NCBI RefSeq assembly: GCF_006345805.1
Contig: NW_021834358.1
Coordinates: 1 to 50,742 of the forward strand
From: Octopus sinensis
Taxonomy: Eukaryota
Length of the DNA: 50,742 nucleotides
Direction: 5' to 3'
The first letter of the stretch is position 1. Each line of letters starts with the position of its first letter. Shown piece after piece: positions 24,226 to 37,409 of the stretch. The notes below the pieces were generated by a model. That model saw only the letters and a list, made by a program, of their open reading frames with translations, was not told the origin of the DNA and did no database searches. Position numbers and translations under genes: made by a program.

Positions 24226-25862
24226 ACTGTACATGTAAATATGCTGTAAAGGTTTCCGTGAGTGCCAGTTGCACACACATGCGGCTGGTTGCAGCTATCC
24301 ATTGTAGAGAAACCGATCAAAAATGTACGGCTGTGCATATGGGCAAATACACTGTTGATAGCTGATATGTTGTTCTTTACAATGAATTTCAATTTCAACT
24401 GCCGCATCAATAACGATATATGTTCTCCAGTGAAATCAATCAAATATATTTCCGAATAAATGCCTCGATTGTGTGAATGTTCAAACTGATAAAATTAATA
24501 ATGAGCCAATAATTGTTGAAGAGAACGACTCTCAAAACTTAAATGTCAGATACATTTTTGTATTCTAAGTGTGGCGACACTTGGAACACAAAACGACTGA
24601 CAAATCACATACAATCGCACGGATGACAGTTTATTGGAAAATAGAAGAGTGTGTCCTTCACTGAAGGAAATGAGAGACACGCCGTAGAAGCCGCTAATCG
24701 AAAAAAAATACCCATCTGATAGCGTGATTTCTCTTAAGTCAACAAGATAAGCGAGCACAAGGTCTGCTCTGTTCGTTCATTAAGTATCATTATGGTTCTG
24801 ACAAGAAAACTACGCTATACAATCCAACAATTCATAGCTGAGATAAAACTATTCCAAGGATATACACTCTCAGTGTTAAAGAATTTGAACGCTTCCATTC
24901 TAGAAAATTATTGTTGAATATGTAGGAAGAAGCATCTAGCTTTGTGTTTCTGCAGTCTATGAATAGAGTTGTCTACGATACTTTTCCAAAAGCTGCTGAA
25001 CAACGGAAATTAATTAGCAATAATGATGGATGAGTTAGATTTATGATAACAAACATTAATGATAGCGATGCATAAGTTAGCTATATTGCAACGAAATTTT
25101 AAAAGCGACGGCCATGGAAAGGTTAAATGTATGACAAGGTTATTTAAACCATTGCCTGACCAAAGCAGTTTCATGAGTTCGCCCTAAACGTCCGAGTTTG
25201 TTTTCAGACTTTTATCTCACCCTTCTTTCATACGCCCTGAATAATATGAAGTGTTATGTCCCAAGTTATTCTGATGATTGAAATCAATTGGAAAAGTGTA
25301 TTACATATGATACATGGATACCAGGGAAATATATCCTATGTATCACCACATATGTATCCTATGTATTACTACAGGTAAAGGGTTAAGAATGTCCTATGTA
25401 TCACTACAGGTAAAGCGTTAAGAATTAATGGCGTATGACAATTAATGGCATATGACGTATGACAAGGAAATTTTAAAAGTCGATGACTACGAACGGGTTA
25501 GATGCATGGCTGTGCTTTCCTCTGACAAACTTGCTTCTTATTTCAGACATTTACTTGCTTTGATATATTCAATGAATGATCCAAAACAGCCAGTTCTTTC
25601 AGTAATAAGAAAAAAATCAGTGGGGGAAAATTATATTACACAAGGAAAATTCCGGAAACAATATGAAACAAGTGTGTGAAAGCTATTTAAAATGATTTAT
25701 TAACGATTGGCCTCTAGAGTACGGCGATTGGTTGGCTCGATCCAGGAATTGCTTTTTATGATTTCACTTAACAAGATGTATTAGCCAGTGTGAATATCAT
25801 GGTTATGATATTTAATTGTAATAGCATCAACACAGCCAATTATGTTTTTGATATTCAAAATA

Positions 25863-26411
25863 CGAGGGTGAGTCAAAAAGTAATAGCTTTTTGTTTAGGA
25901 CAGGTATAATTACCAACGCAGAAACATGTATCATACATCAAAATGAAGCTGGTCCTCTGTGGATCATATCCCTACTTCTCAACATGTTCACCGTTTCTCT
26001 CAATAGCAATGTTCCACCTTCGAGTGAGAGCATGTATCCCTGCTCCGTAAAATTCTGTTGATTGTTCTTTGAGCCACTTCTTCACTACAGTTTTCACTTC
26101 CTTGTCACTGGAATAACGTTTGCTTCTCAAACCCTCTTTCTTGGCACCGAAGAGATAATAGTCTGAAGACGCTAAATCTGGTGAATGTGGAGGTAGTGAA
26201 GAATTGGCTCAAAGAACAGTCAACAGAATTTTACGGGGCAGGGATACATGCTTTCATTCGACGGTGGAACATTGCTATTGAGAGAAACGGTGACTATGTT
26301 GAGAAGTAGGAATGTGATCCACAGAAGATCAGCTTCATTTTGATGTATGATACTGTGTTGGTAATTATACCTATCCTAAACAAAATGGCAATACTTTTTG
26401 ACTCACCCTCG
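25863..26411. mobile_element. mariner-derived foldback element made of two inverted transposase 3' ends
   Basis: Perfect 20-bp TIR CGAGGGTGAGTCAAAAAGTA with TA at 25861-25862 and 26412-26413. Minus strand 26190-25972 reads PHSPDLASSDYYLFG..FYGAGIHALTRRWNIAIERNGEHVEK*; the plus arm reads WLKEQSTEFYGAGIHAFIRRWNIAIERNGDYVEK*. Confidence 0.92.
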
Positions 26412-27179
26412 TAAATAAGGAAAATAAAAGAGGAGAGAGTAGGATAAACATTAGAATTCTTTTTGATACCAAAAATAATGTCTGCATATTTTATTTCATA
26501 TCTAAACAAACACCGTCATTTTTGACTGGTACTTCGCTGCAATATATTTGTGAGTGTATGTGTGTGTAGATATGTATAAAATGGGTAGAAACACATACAT
26601 ATATATAATGTAAAAAAGTATATATAAGCTATAATATAGAATCCGCTACTGCTGCTGCTGCTGCTGCTGCTGCTGGTAGGTGGATCTATTTATTTCCAAA
26701 CGTTACTTTTGATTACTCCAACAGTATTCTTCATTATCGTTTTGGTTATTGCTTTATGCAGGAAATATAAACAAAAATATTGCTTTATTGCTTATGTGCT
26801 AATGGATGTTGTTTACATGGCTGTACTTGTTGTTGTAGCTGTGGTTGTTATTGTTGTTATTGTTGTTGTGGTAGTTGTGATTGTTGTCGATATTATTGCT
26901 ATTCCTATTTTGCCAACATATGTTCTGCTGTTGTTTCTTATTTTTTATTAGTTGTTTAGTTCTTTAGTTTCTCCATTTTTTTCCCACTTCAACTCATTGC
27001 CGTGTGTTATAATAAACGCCATTAATATTGTCATAGATTTTCGTTTCCATTACTAACTTTACAGTTAGGGAGTGGATGGTTCTTTACTTTTCAAGTTCAA
27101 ATTTCAATGTGGTACGCATTGTAATTCATCCTTTCAGTCAATTAAATATAGTAAAACCCAAGTACTGTAGTCGGTGAAA

Positions 27180-27196
27180 CATCATCATCATCATCA

Positions 27197-27246
<50 letters not shown>

Positions 27247-27274
27247 GTTATCATCATCATCATCATCTTCATCA

Positions 27275-27305
<31 letters not shown>

Positions 27306-27327
27306 CATTACTATCATTATTATTATT

Positions 27328-27392
<65 letters not shown>

Positions 27393-27487
27393 TATTATTA
27401 TTATTATTATTGTCATTGTTATCATCATCATCATCATCATATTCATCATTATTATTATTATTATTATCATTACTATTATCATCATCA

Positions 27488-27522
<35 letters not shown>

Positions 27523-27529
27523 GTTATTA

Positions 27530-27571
<42 letters not shown>

Positions 27572-27612
27572 TATTATTATTATCATTATTATTATTATTA
27601 TTATACATTTTA

Positions 27613-27643
<31 letters not shown>

Positions 27644-27660
27644 GTGAGTGATTGATTGAG
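27180..27660. repeat. (ATT)n/(ATC)n compound microsatellite ending in (GATT)n
   Basis: Direct reading. Confidence 0.97.
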
Positions 27661-27997
27661 AGAGCAGCGCATACCATCAAAGTGACATTGTATTACCATC
27701 ATCGTCATCTCTGTTCGACATATTTACGCAATAGATAATGTTCTTACCCTCTGACTGCTTACAGACATATTTAATCTGTGCTTCTTTACGAAATTTCTGT
27801 CGTTCCTGAATTCTCTCATTACTTCTTAATTGTTACTGTTGTTGTTGTTGTTGTTGTTGTTGTTAATGGTGGTGGTTGTGGTGGCGGTGGTGTTATCGTC
27901 GTCGTTTTTCTTCTTTACGCTTAACTAATCTCAAGTTGAGCTGATATATGAATAGGATTTTTTTTATGTATTCCTAGGGTCACATTGTATTTTCTAC

Positions 27998-28190
27998 TCT
28001 AAGCACAGGGCCCGAAATTTCTGAGGAGCGGAGCAGTCGATTACATCGACCTAAGTATGCAACTGGTTCTTAATTTATCGACCCCCGAAAGGCAAAGTCG
28101 ACCTTGGCGGAATTTGAACTCAGAACGTAAAGAGACAAAATACTGCTAAGCATTTCGCACGTGCTAGCGTTTCTGGCAGCTCGTCGCCTT
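27998..28190 (-). mobile_element. SINE family 1 (tail A)
   Basis: Colinear with 9966-10170. Confidence 0.88.
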
Positions 28191-28344
28191 GTCAGACGTG
28201 TTCCTCCTCATGCTTAAGATAGTTGGGTATAATTTACGTGGGGTTTCGTTGCCATTTCTAGCAAACCCAGCAAGTGCACAAAGTTTTTCTTGCTATCTGA
28301 TGTTTACTTACAGATCCCTTTCAAGCATGTGGATTGCACATATG

Positions 28345-28635
28345 TACATATGTACGTGTGTATGTATGTATTTATGTATGTTTGTATGTATCTATGTTTT
28401 TATGTATGCATGTGTATGTGTGTGTATATATATATATATATACACATATATATATATTCACACATATATACATGCATGTATATACATATACAAGCACATA
28501 CGTGCATATACACATATAGTGTGATAGAGAGCGTGAGAGATCTATATATATATGTGTGTGTATGCGTGTGTGTGCGTGTGTGTGTGAGTGTGCACATATG
28601 TGCATATATGTATATATATATGCTTGTATGTATGA

Positions 28636-28678
<43 letters not shown>

Positions 28679-28722
28679 CATAAACACATGTATATACATA
28701 TACACATGCAAACTTTTAATAA

Positions 28723-28762
<40 letters not shown>

Positions 28763-28900
28763 TTTATATTTATATATATATAATACATATATATACATCA
28801 TACATACATACATATACATACATACATACATACATACATACATACATACATACATACATACATACATACATACATACATACATACATACGTACGTACGCA
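28345..28900. repeat. (TATG)/(TA)/(TACA) microsatellite field
   Basis: Direct reading. Confidence 0.95.
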
Positions 28901-29289
28901 CTGAGAACCGATACTGAGAAGACATCTGCACGTGCGCTTTCGTACAGATAAATACCGTTATACCTATTTTTTTTTTTTTTGCATCTGGAGTTATGCAAAC
29001 ATTTCCATCAAATAAACAGCGTTTCTTCTTTGTTTTGTTTCTGACTCTGTTTTGCTTCTTCTTTCCATTTCAACAGGATCTTTTGGCTATTTTCGTTTTG
29101 TTATGGTTGTTGTCGCTGTTGTCGCTTTTAGTTTTTTTTTCCCATTTTCAGTTGAAGCAAAACTGGATTTCTTATTGCACATAGGACCAGATACGTAATT
29201 AAGCTTATGTTTGTTCAATTGCAATACATTAGATCTCCACGCACAGATTTTACGCATATCTGTCCATCTATTTAGAGTATTTCTATCTT

Positions 29290-29499
29290 TCTGTCTATCA
29301 ATCTATCTATCTATCCATCTATCTATCTGTCTATCTGTCTATCTATCTATCTGTCTATTTATCCATCCGTCAATCAATCGATCAAAATAGATAGACAGAT
29401 AGATAGACAGACAGACAGAGAGGCAGACAGAACGACAGACAGACAGACAGACAGATAGATAGATAGATAGATAGATGATAGATAGATAGATAGACAGAC

Positions 29500-29565
<66 letters not shown>
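29290..29565. repeat. (CTAT)n then (GATA)n inverted microsatellite pair
   Basis: Direct reading; polarity switches at about 29380. Confidence 0.92.
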
Positions 29566-29574
29566 GTAATTCAG

Positions 29575-29852
29575 AGGTGAATTATTCCAACACGAAAGAA
29601 CTCCTCTCAACACATGGCTATGATGCTTTCCCTCTACTTTTGTTCCTGATCAGAGATGCACATATCGTCTGCCACCAAGAGGCATGCTCAACTGGTTAAG
29701 GTCAAACAACTAACAAGAACATCTGTGGTATTGAGCAGAATATTTGCTGTAGCCCATCTTTTATACCAAGACAAAACAATGTACATGATAACACTTCCAA
29801 TCAGTTAAGATGAGAAGCCTTGAAAGCCACTGCCTGGTACTGCATCAGGGCA
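29575..29852. mobile_element. Unclassified interspersed repeat, partial copy
   Basis: Colinear with 49820-50035 (AAAGAACTCCTCTCAACACATGGCTATGATGCT...). Confidence 0.8.
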
Positions 29853-29853
29853 T

Positions 29854-29888
<35 letters not shown>

Positions 29889-29933
29889 GCTGCTGCTGCT
29901 GCTGCTGATGATGATGATGCTGTTGTTGCTGTT

Positions 29934-30510
29934 TAGGCGGCGAGCTGGATGAAATGCTGAGCAGTATTTCGTCTGCTACTGCGTTCTAAGTTCAAATTCC
30001 GCCGAGGTCGACGTTGCTTTCATCCTTTCGGGGTCGATTAAGTAAGTTCCACTTACGCACTGGGGTCGATATAATCGACTTAATCCCTTCACCCAAATTT
30101 CAAGCCTTGTGCCTCCAGTAGATAAGACGGCGCGCTAGTAGAATCGTCAGCACGCTGGGCGAAATGCTTAGCGGTATTTCGTCTGTCTTTACGTTCTGAG
30201 TTCAAATTCCGCCGAGGTCGACTTTGCCTTTCATACTTTCGGGATCGATTAAATAAGTACCAGTTACGCACTGGGGTCGATATAATCAACTTAATCCGTT
30301 TGTCTGTCCTTGTTTGTCCCCTCTGTGTTTAGCCCCTTGTGGAAAGTAAAGAAATAGGTATTTCGTCTGCCGCTACGTTCTGAGTTCAAATTCTGCCGAG
30401 GTCGACTTTACCTTTCATCCTTTCGGGGTCGATAAATCAAATACCAGATGAGTGCTGGTGTCGATGTAATCGACTATCAAAATTTCAGGTCTTGTGCCTA
30501 TAGTAGAAAA
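29934..30510 (+). mobile_element. SINE family 1 monomer (29934-30125) followed by a dimer (30126-30510)
   Basis: Junction GAAATAG|GTATTTCG at 30357/30358. Confidence 0.9.
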
Positions 30511-30511
30511 G

Positions 30512-30758
<247 letters not shown>

Positions 30759-31196
30759 GGCAGAATCCCAAACGACATACTCTACGGAGTGCTTGCTGGG
30801 GGCACTAGGTCTGTAGGAAGGCCGTTCTTACGATATAAGGATGTTTGCAAAAGGGACATGAAGGCCTGCGACATCAATATTAGCAACTGGGAAGCAGTTG
30901 CCAGCAACTGTGGAGATTGGCGACGGACCGTAAAAGAGGGAACACAAAGGAGTGACAGAGGGAGAGAGGAGAAATGGAAAGACAAGAAAAGACGTCAACG
31001 AGAACCTATGACATTACAACCAGCCAGGCAAAGTCTTCGCTACATTTGCGGCACCTGCCAGAAGGTGTGTTTGTCCAGGATAGGACTACACAGCCACAGC
31101 AGGATATGTATTAGGACATGAAATGTAAAAGCCGGACTAGAGTATTTTAAGCGAAACTCCATTGTCTCCCTAGACAAAAAGGATGCCAACAACAAC
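30759..31196 (+). mobile_element. RTE-clade LINE 3' end, 5'-truncated (ORF2 C-terminus with zinc finger, 3' UTR, (AAC)n tail)
   Basis: GRIPNDILYGVLAGGTRSVGRPFLRYKDVCKRDMKACDI..WE..WRRTV and YICGTCQKVCLSRIGLHSHSRIC, stop at 31121; typical RTE 3' end CCATTGTCTCCCTAGAC..GGATGCCAACAAC. Confidence 0.93.
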
Positions 31197-31210
31197 ATGG
31201 GTTTTCTTAT

Positions 31211-31614
31211 TTACTCTTTACCCTTTACTCTTTTACTTGTTTCAGTCATTTGACTGCGGCCATGCTGGAGCACCACCTTTAGTCGAGCAAATCGACCCCG
31301 GGACTTATTCTTTGTAAGCCCAGTACTTATTCCATCGGTCTCTTTTGCCGAACCGCTAAGTGACGGGGACGTAAACACACCAGCATCGGTTGTCAAGCAC
31401 TGCTAGGGGGACAAACACACACACATACATATATAGATATACACATATATACGACAGGCTTCTTTCAGTTTCCGTCTACCAAATCCACTCACAAGGCATT
31501 GGTCGGCCCGGGGCTATAGCAGAAGATACTTGCCCAAGATGCCACGCAGTGGGACTGAACCCGGAACCATGTGGTTGGTTAGCAAGCTACTTACCACACA
31601 GCCACTCCTGCGCC
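31211..31614 (-). mobile_element. SINE family 2, full length, young-looking
   Basis: Head GGCGCAGGAGTGGCTGTGTGG..GGGTTCAGTCC; tail (GTAAAAGA)n. Confidence 0.93.
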
Positions 31615-32451
31615 TAATATTTCTTTATATTCTATTTTTGATATCCTCTCATGTGTTTACGAAGACAAGCAAGAAACTTTTTCTGCTCATATTTCCTCCA
31701 TTTAATGCCGTGAGCTGGCAGAAATGTTAGCAACCGGACAAAATGCTTAACGGAATGTCGTCTGTCTTTACTTTCTGCATCGACGTAGATAAACTAAATA
31801 CCGCTTAGCACCGGATTCGATCTAATCGACCTACCCCTACCGACGAAATTGCAAACCTTGTGCTAACACTTGAAAGCATAATATTTCCTCATTCCAATTA
31901 ACTACATTATTCTTAATTATCATTCTAATTAACTACATTAGCTCGATTTAAATTTTGAAATGTATTTTCATGGCTATTTTAAGTTGAAAACTTCATTTGA
32001 ATATCTCTTGATAATTGTAAATTACTTCAATCTATTTAATGTCAAAACTTTTTTATATTTCTGTTACGCACAACATTTAATCATTCCTTGGACTTTCACC
32101 ATTTTTTTCCATTTTGATATGTGTACAGATTCACACAATATGCTTTCTGCATCCTTCGTTCCTTCTTCCATATTTATACATTTTACCCCCGATTTACGTT
32201 GCTTCGTCATCTCACGGCTTTCATTCTTCTATCAATTTTCCATTTAAAATCGCAAACCTTCTCTTTCGCCAATTTTGAAAATGCATTTCTCGTATTTCGT
32301 ATTTTTACCTGAATATTTTTATTTGAATTGTTCTAAATAAAATCATTTTATGATCATTATTTCAATAATTATCTGTTTAACTGTTTTAATTAATTTCTTG
32401 ATTAGATACACGTAAAGGCATAGAATGCACATATAAGTATGTATGTGCATA

Positions 32452-32622
32452 CGTGGTCTGATTCAATAAGTATCTGGACTGTTGCCATAGTAACGATGCT
32501 AAAGGATGCAGAGTGAGACAGCTTGGAACAGATTGATCTTGAACTCTGCTGTACATGCGCACTAAATTTTAAAGTTCTAGTTCATTTCCGCTGTCTACAA
32601 CTGTGCTTGGAAGGAACGTGTG
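32452..32622. mobile_element. Possible mariner terminal fragment
   Basis: TA followed by CGTGGTCTGATTCAATAAGT resembles the CGnGG..TCAAnAAGT mariner ends in this window; no partner TIR. Confidence 0.35.
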
Positions 32623-32702
32623 GTGATGGGGGAACAAACACTGATACAGACACAAACACACGTGCACCTGCGCATGCATATATATATATATATATATATA
32701 AA

Positions 32703-32736
<34 letters not shown>

Positions 32737-32743
32737 ACACATT

Positions 32744-32803
<60 letters not shown>

Positions 32804-32838
32804 TATATACATATATATACAGATAGATAGATAGATAG

Positions 32839-32915
<77 letters not shown>

Positions 32916-32916
<1 letters not shown>

Positions 32917-33062
32917 TACGATGGGTTTCCATGAGATTCCGACTGCCTAACCCACTCACAAGGCTTTGGTCGGCTCGAAATTATAAGAGAAGGCACTTGG
33001 CCAAAGGGCTGAACACGGAACCATGTGATTTGGGAAGCAAACTCCTTACCACACAGCCACCC
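32916..33062 (-). mobile_element. SINE family 2, 5' half
   Basis: Colinear with 31450-31605. A decayed family-2 3' half (plus strand) lies at about 33120-33295. Confidence 0.8.
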
Positions 33063-33622
33063 TTATGTATGTATATTGATATTTCGCTTTAGCATAGCGA
33101 TACTAATAACTTGGTTGTAGAACACACGCACTGGTTCTATTTCACTTCAGTTATCAGTAAAGAACATAGAATAAACGCAAAACTTATAAAGAATAAGAAC
33201 CAGAGCTGGTTCGTACGACTGGACCGTTCAGGGTGGTGCCTCACCATGGCCGCAGTTCAACGAGTGAAACAAATGCAAGATAATAGGTGTACAAGCAATG
33301 GAATTCATTTGACAACCCAATAGAATCACGTTATCAATTGCTTTTTGAAGACGCTACGTAGATATCGTAGTACATTTGGCAACTAATTCTACTTAGTCGA
33401 TCAAACACGTAAAGGTTTCCTGTTGGCTCGGAAGTTTGCATAATTTGCACATTTGTGCATTAGTGTGTGCACAGTTCGTTGTAATTAACATCAAATAGAA
33501 TTGTACGGGCAATTTGTATGAAAGGTAAGGACAGAAGAACTGAAATAGACAGTCTGGTTGGCACTTAGGAAGTTAGTTGGTTGAATAAATGCTTTGACTG
33601 ATAAATTAGATAATTAGTTCAT

Positions 33623-33654
<32 letters not shown>

Positions 33655-34043
33655 ACACAGGGAGGAGGGAGGGAGGGAGGAAGAGAAGACTACATGAAAG
33701 GATAGCTTAGGTAGGATGTTTAGAGTCAAGTTAATGGCTTTGTGCTGATGTAACAGATTGCTTAATGAAAACGCATGCTCACATATACACATACATTACT
33801 AATACATACACGCATACAGAAGCACACACACACACACACAAACAAACACACACACACAGTGAGACAGCGAGAGAGAGATTGTTAAAGACAGATAAGGTTG
33901 ATTATTAAAGATAGGCAGGAACATATACATAAATACTTTCATACAAGCATATACACGTATTTAATATATGTTAAATATATATATATAAACATATACAATA
34001 TACAGAGTTGTATATATATGCATACATATATAAATATATATAT

Positions 34044-34081
<38 letters not shown>

Positions 34082-34287
34082 TATATTATAAGGGTGGAAA
34101 GGAACACACGAGTTATATATATATATATATTATATATATATATTTATACACACACATACATGAGAAAGAGAAAAGGTGAGAGTGCGGTAGGGATTGTTAA
34201 GGGCTATTATTATTAAAGATACACATACGCAGGTAGATTAGATACAAACATAAATGCATACATGCATAGAAATATAGAAATATATAA

Positions 34288-34328
<41 letters not shown>

Positions 34329-34657
34329 ATTGTAAAGGATTATTGAATGCGACTTTCAAGTTAATCTGTCATAAGCTTAACTAGAAACATGGCTTATTAC
34401 AGGAGACCCAAGAGGAATATTTGTCGAATAACCGGCCGAAATTAAAGAATGGCGTCTAAAATATAGTTAAGCAAGTTTGACCTGAGGATAGACAGCAGCA
34501 ACAATAATTTCCATAAAAGGATTCAAATTTATTTCGTATCAAAATGGCGTAACATTGGCGCGAGCTCGCAGTCGCTGCAACGAAGCTGTCATTCTTGATA
34601 AAGGAATTAATTTTAATCAACGACACAGTGAATAGAATTGTGTGTATATAAATAGAT

Positions 34658-34954
34658 GAAGGCACATGACCTAGTGGTTAGAGCAGCGGACTCGCGGTCG
34701 AGGGATCGCGGGTTCGAATCTCAGACCGGGTGATGTGTGTGTTTATGAGCGAAAACACCTAAGCTCCAAGCGGCTCCGGCAGAAGGTAATGACAATCTTC
34801 TGCTGACTCTTTCGCCACAACTTTCTCTCACTCTTTCTTCCTGCATCTTGCAGCTCAACTGCGACGGACTGGCGTCCCGTCCAGGTGGGGAACCTATGCG
34901 CCGAGGAAACTGGGAACCGGCCCTCTTGAACAAGGCATGGCTCGAGAAGGAACA
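34658..34954 (+). mobile_element. SINE family 3, full length
   Basis: A-box TGACCTAGTGG and B-box GGTTCGAATC; colinear with 11201-11441. Confidence 0.9.
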
Positions 34955-35015
34955 TATAAGTAGATACCTACATACATATAAACAAATACATGTATATATA
35001 TACATGGAGAGAGAG

Positions 35016-35188
35016 AGAGTGGAATCTATTTGCCAACGTAAAGTGGCAGTCCTGATTAGGATGATGTTACTACCCCTTTTAACCCCAGGAAAACATCTTT
35101 TCTGGATGGCTACCGACGGGGCTAAAAGAGATAGTAACATCTTCCTAATCAGGAGTGCCACTTTATGTTGGCAAATAGATTTTACTCT
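35016..35188. repeat. 173-bp near-perfect foldback (probable MITE)
   Basis: About 70-bp arms (AATCTATTTGCCAAC(G/A)TAAAGTGGCA(G/C)TCCTGATTAGGA..) around a spacer of about 30 nt. Confidence 0.9.
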
Positions 35189-35283
35189 GTAGTCTTATTG
35201 TTACTACTTACTTCTCGCTCAAAGATTTAAAACTAATTGTTTTCCTCTTTCTATGTATGTATGTATGTATGTATGTATGTATA

Positions 35284-35437
35284 GGCGTAGGCGTGGCTGT
35301 GTAGTAAAGAGTTTACTTCCCAACTACATGGTCCCGGGTTCAGTCCCACTGCATGGCACTTTAGGCTAGTGTCTTTTCCTATAGCTTCGGGTCGACCAAT
35401 ATATGTGTGTGTGTATCTGTGTGTGTGTGTGTCTGTT

Positions 35438-35470
<33 letters not shown>

Positions 35471-35675
35471 TTGTCCCGCCATCATCGCTTGACAACCGAT
35501 ATTGGTGAGTTTACGTCCTCACAACTTAGCTATTCGGCAAAATAGAACCGGTAGAATAAGTACTATGCCTACAAAGAATAAGTCCTGGCGTCGATTTGTT
35601 CGACAAAGGCAGTGCTCCAGTATGGCCGCATTCAGATAACTGAAACAAGTAAAAGAAAATAAAAGAATAAAAGAA
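35284..35675 (+). mobile_element. SINE family 2, near full length
   Basis: Colinear with the reverse complement of 31211-31614. Confidence 0.9.
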
Positions 35676-35787
35676 TATGCATACATATATATATATATAT
35701 ATATAATCTGTATCTATATCTATCTATATATATTATACATGCATAGAAACATGTGTGTGTTAATGTGCTTGTATATGTGTGTGTGCG

Positions 35788-36085
35788 TGGTATTCCAGTT
35801 GATCTGGTCGACGGAACAGCCTGCTCGTGAAATTAACGTGCAAGTGGCTGAGCACTCCACAGACACGAGTACCCTTAATGTAGTTCTCTGGGAGATTCAG
35901 CGTGGTACAGAATGTGATAAGGCTGGTCATTTCAATTACAGATACAACTTACTTTTGCCTGCTGAGTGGACAAGAGCAACTTGAAATAAACTGTCATGCT
36001 CAAGGTCAAAATACACCGCCGTGTATGGAACTCATAGCCTTACAATCGTGAACCAAATGCCCAAACCAATAAGCCCTGTGCCTTC
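35788..36085 (-). mobile_element. SINE family 4
   Basis: tRNA-like head at the 36085 end, CCTTGAGCATGACAGTTTA domain, tail shared with 1685-1870. Confidence 0.8.
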
Positions 36086-36250
36086 ACCTAACCTCTCTTA
36101 AGCGAAAATTTTAAACACACCGTGTGTTGCATCTTGGGAGGGTCATTATGCCATAAATAAACACTAGTACTGGTTCTGTTGCACTTCTTTTTTTATTACT
36201 CGCAACATAAACGTGGCTAATAACTATTTTAATGGTATATACATCAAATT

Positions 36251-36483
36251 AAGGCGGCGAGCTGGCAGAAATGTTAGGACGCCGGGCGAAATGCGTAGCC
36301 GTATTTCGTATGCCGTTACGTTCTGAGTTCAAATTCCGCCGAGGTCGACTTTGCCTTTCATCCTTTCGAGGTCGATAAATTAAGTACCAGTTACGCACTG
36401 GGGTCGATGTAATCGACATGATCCGTTTGTCTGTCCTTGTTTGTCCCCTCTGTGTTTAGCCCCTTGTGGGCAGTAAAGAAATA
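36251..36483 (+). mobile_element. SINE family 1 (tail B) with 15-bp TSD
   Basis: TATATACATCAAATT at 36236-36250 and 36484-36498. Confidence 0.95.
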
Positions 36484-36795
36484 TATATACATCAAATTTC
36501 TAGAATAATTACTTTCAACAACGACAAAGACGATCATAAATTATCAATACATTGCTCTATAATGTTGTTTATATAAGCACGAGACAAGAAATTTGGGTGA
36601 GGTGAAAGACAGCACCTGATAACATCTACCCTAGTACTTGATAAAGACTTCATTTATCAGCTCTGGAATGATGAAGTACAAAATTGACCTTCGCGTGATT
36701 TGAAATCAGAACGTAAATGAGTGTAACAATGTACTACAAGACATTTTGTCCGACACTCCAGCAGTTTTCCACATCTACAAATAAAACCCTATGCA

Positions 36796-37008
36796 CAAGG
36801 GAATGCTGAAAATGTTCTGGTTTTAAGGGTATCACGAAAGGCCTTGTTGGAGGCCAAACCTTCCGAGTTCTTTTACAGGGCTTAGAAAAACTGAAGGACC
36901 GCTGCAATTAATGTGTGAATCTAAGAGGGGAATATGTTTGATAAAATCATTAACTGATCCTCCTGTATTTTCTTTTACCCAAAGCCAGAACTTTTCAGCG
37001 CCCCTTCG
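36796..37008 (+). mobile_element. mariner-derived MITE with transposase C-terminal remnant
   Basis: Imperfect TIRs (..GCTGAAAATGTTCTGGTTTT / AAAGCCAGAACTTTTCAGC..CTTCG-TA); internal QGLEKLKDRCN*CVNLRGEYV*. Confidence 0.75.
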
Positions 37009-37409
37009 TATTCTAAGGTTTTCTTTTGGGCGGGGCGAGGTGGCTTTACATCTCGAGGCACACACATAAAGCATATAAAAATCGGGTTGAAAAACACATC
37101 AAGAGGTTTTTTCCAATCCAATATGATTTATAGCTTTATGAAAGCGGCAAGCACACAGAAAAATTTCTCTCTCTGTCCTTGTTTGTCCCCTTTATGTTTA
37201 GCCCCTTGTGTGCAATAAAGAAATAAGGAACGTTAGCTCGCCGGGCGAAATGCTTAGCAGTATTTCGTCTGTCTTTATGTTCGGAGTTCAAATTCCGTCG
37301 AGGTTGACTTGGCCTTTCGTCGATAAATTAAGTACTAGCTGCGTACTGGGGTCGATCTAATCAACTGGCCTCCTCCCCAAAAATTTATGGCCTTGTGCCT
37401 AGTGTAGAA

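Noticed and set aside
25272-25300. CTGATGA..GAAA
   Set aside because: Stem II is not adjacent to GAAA and there is no stem I or III pairing.
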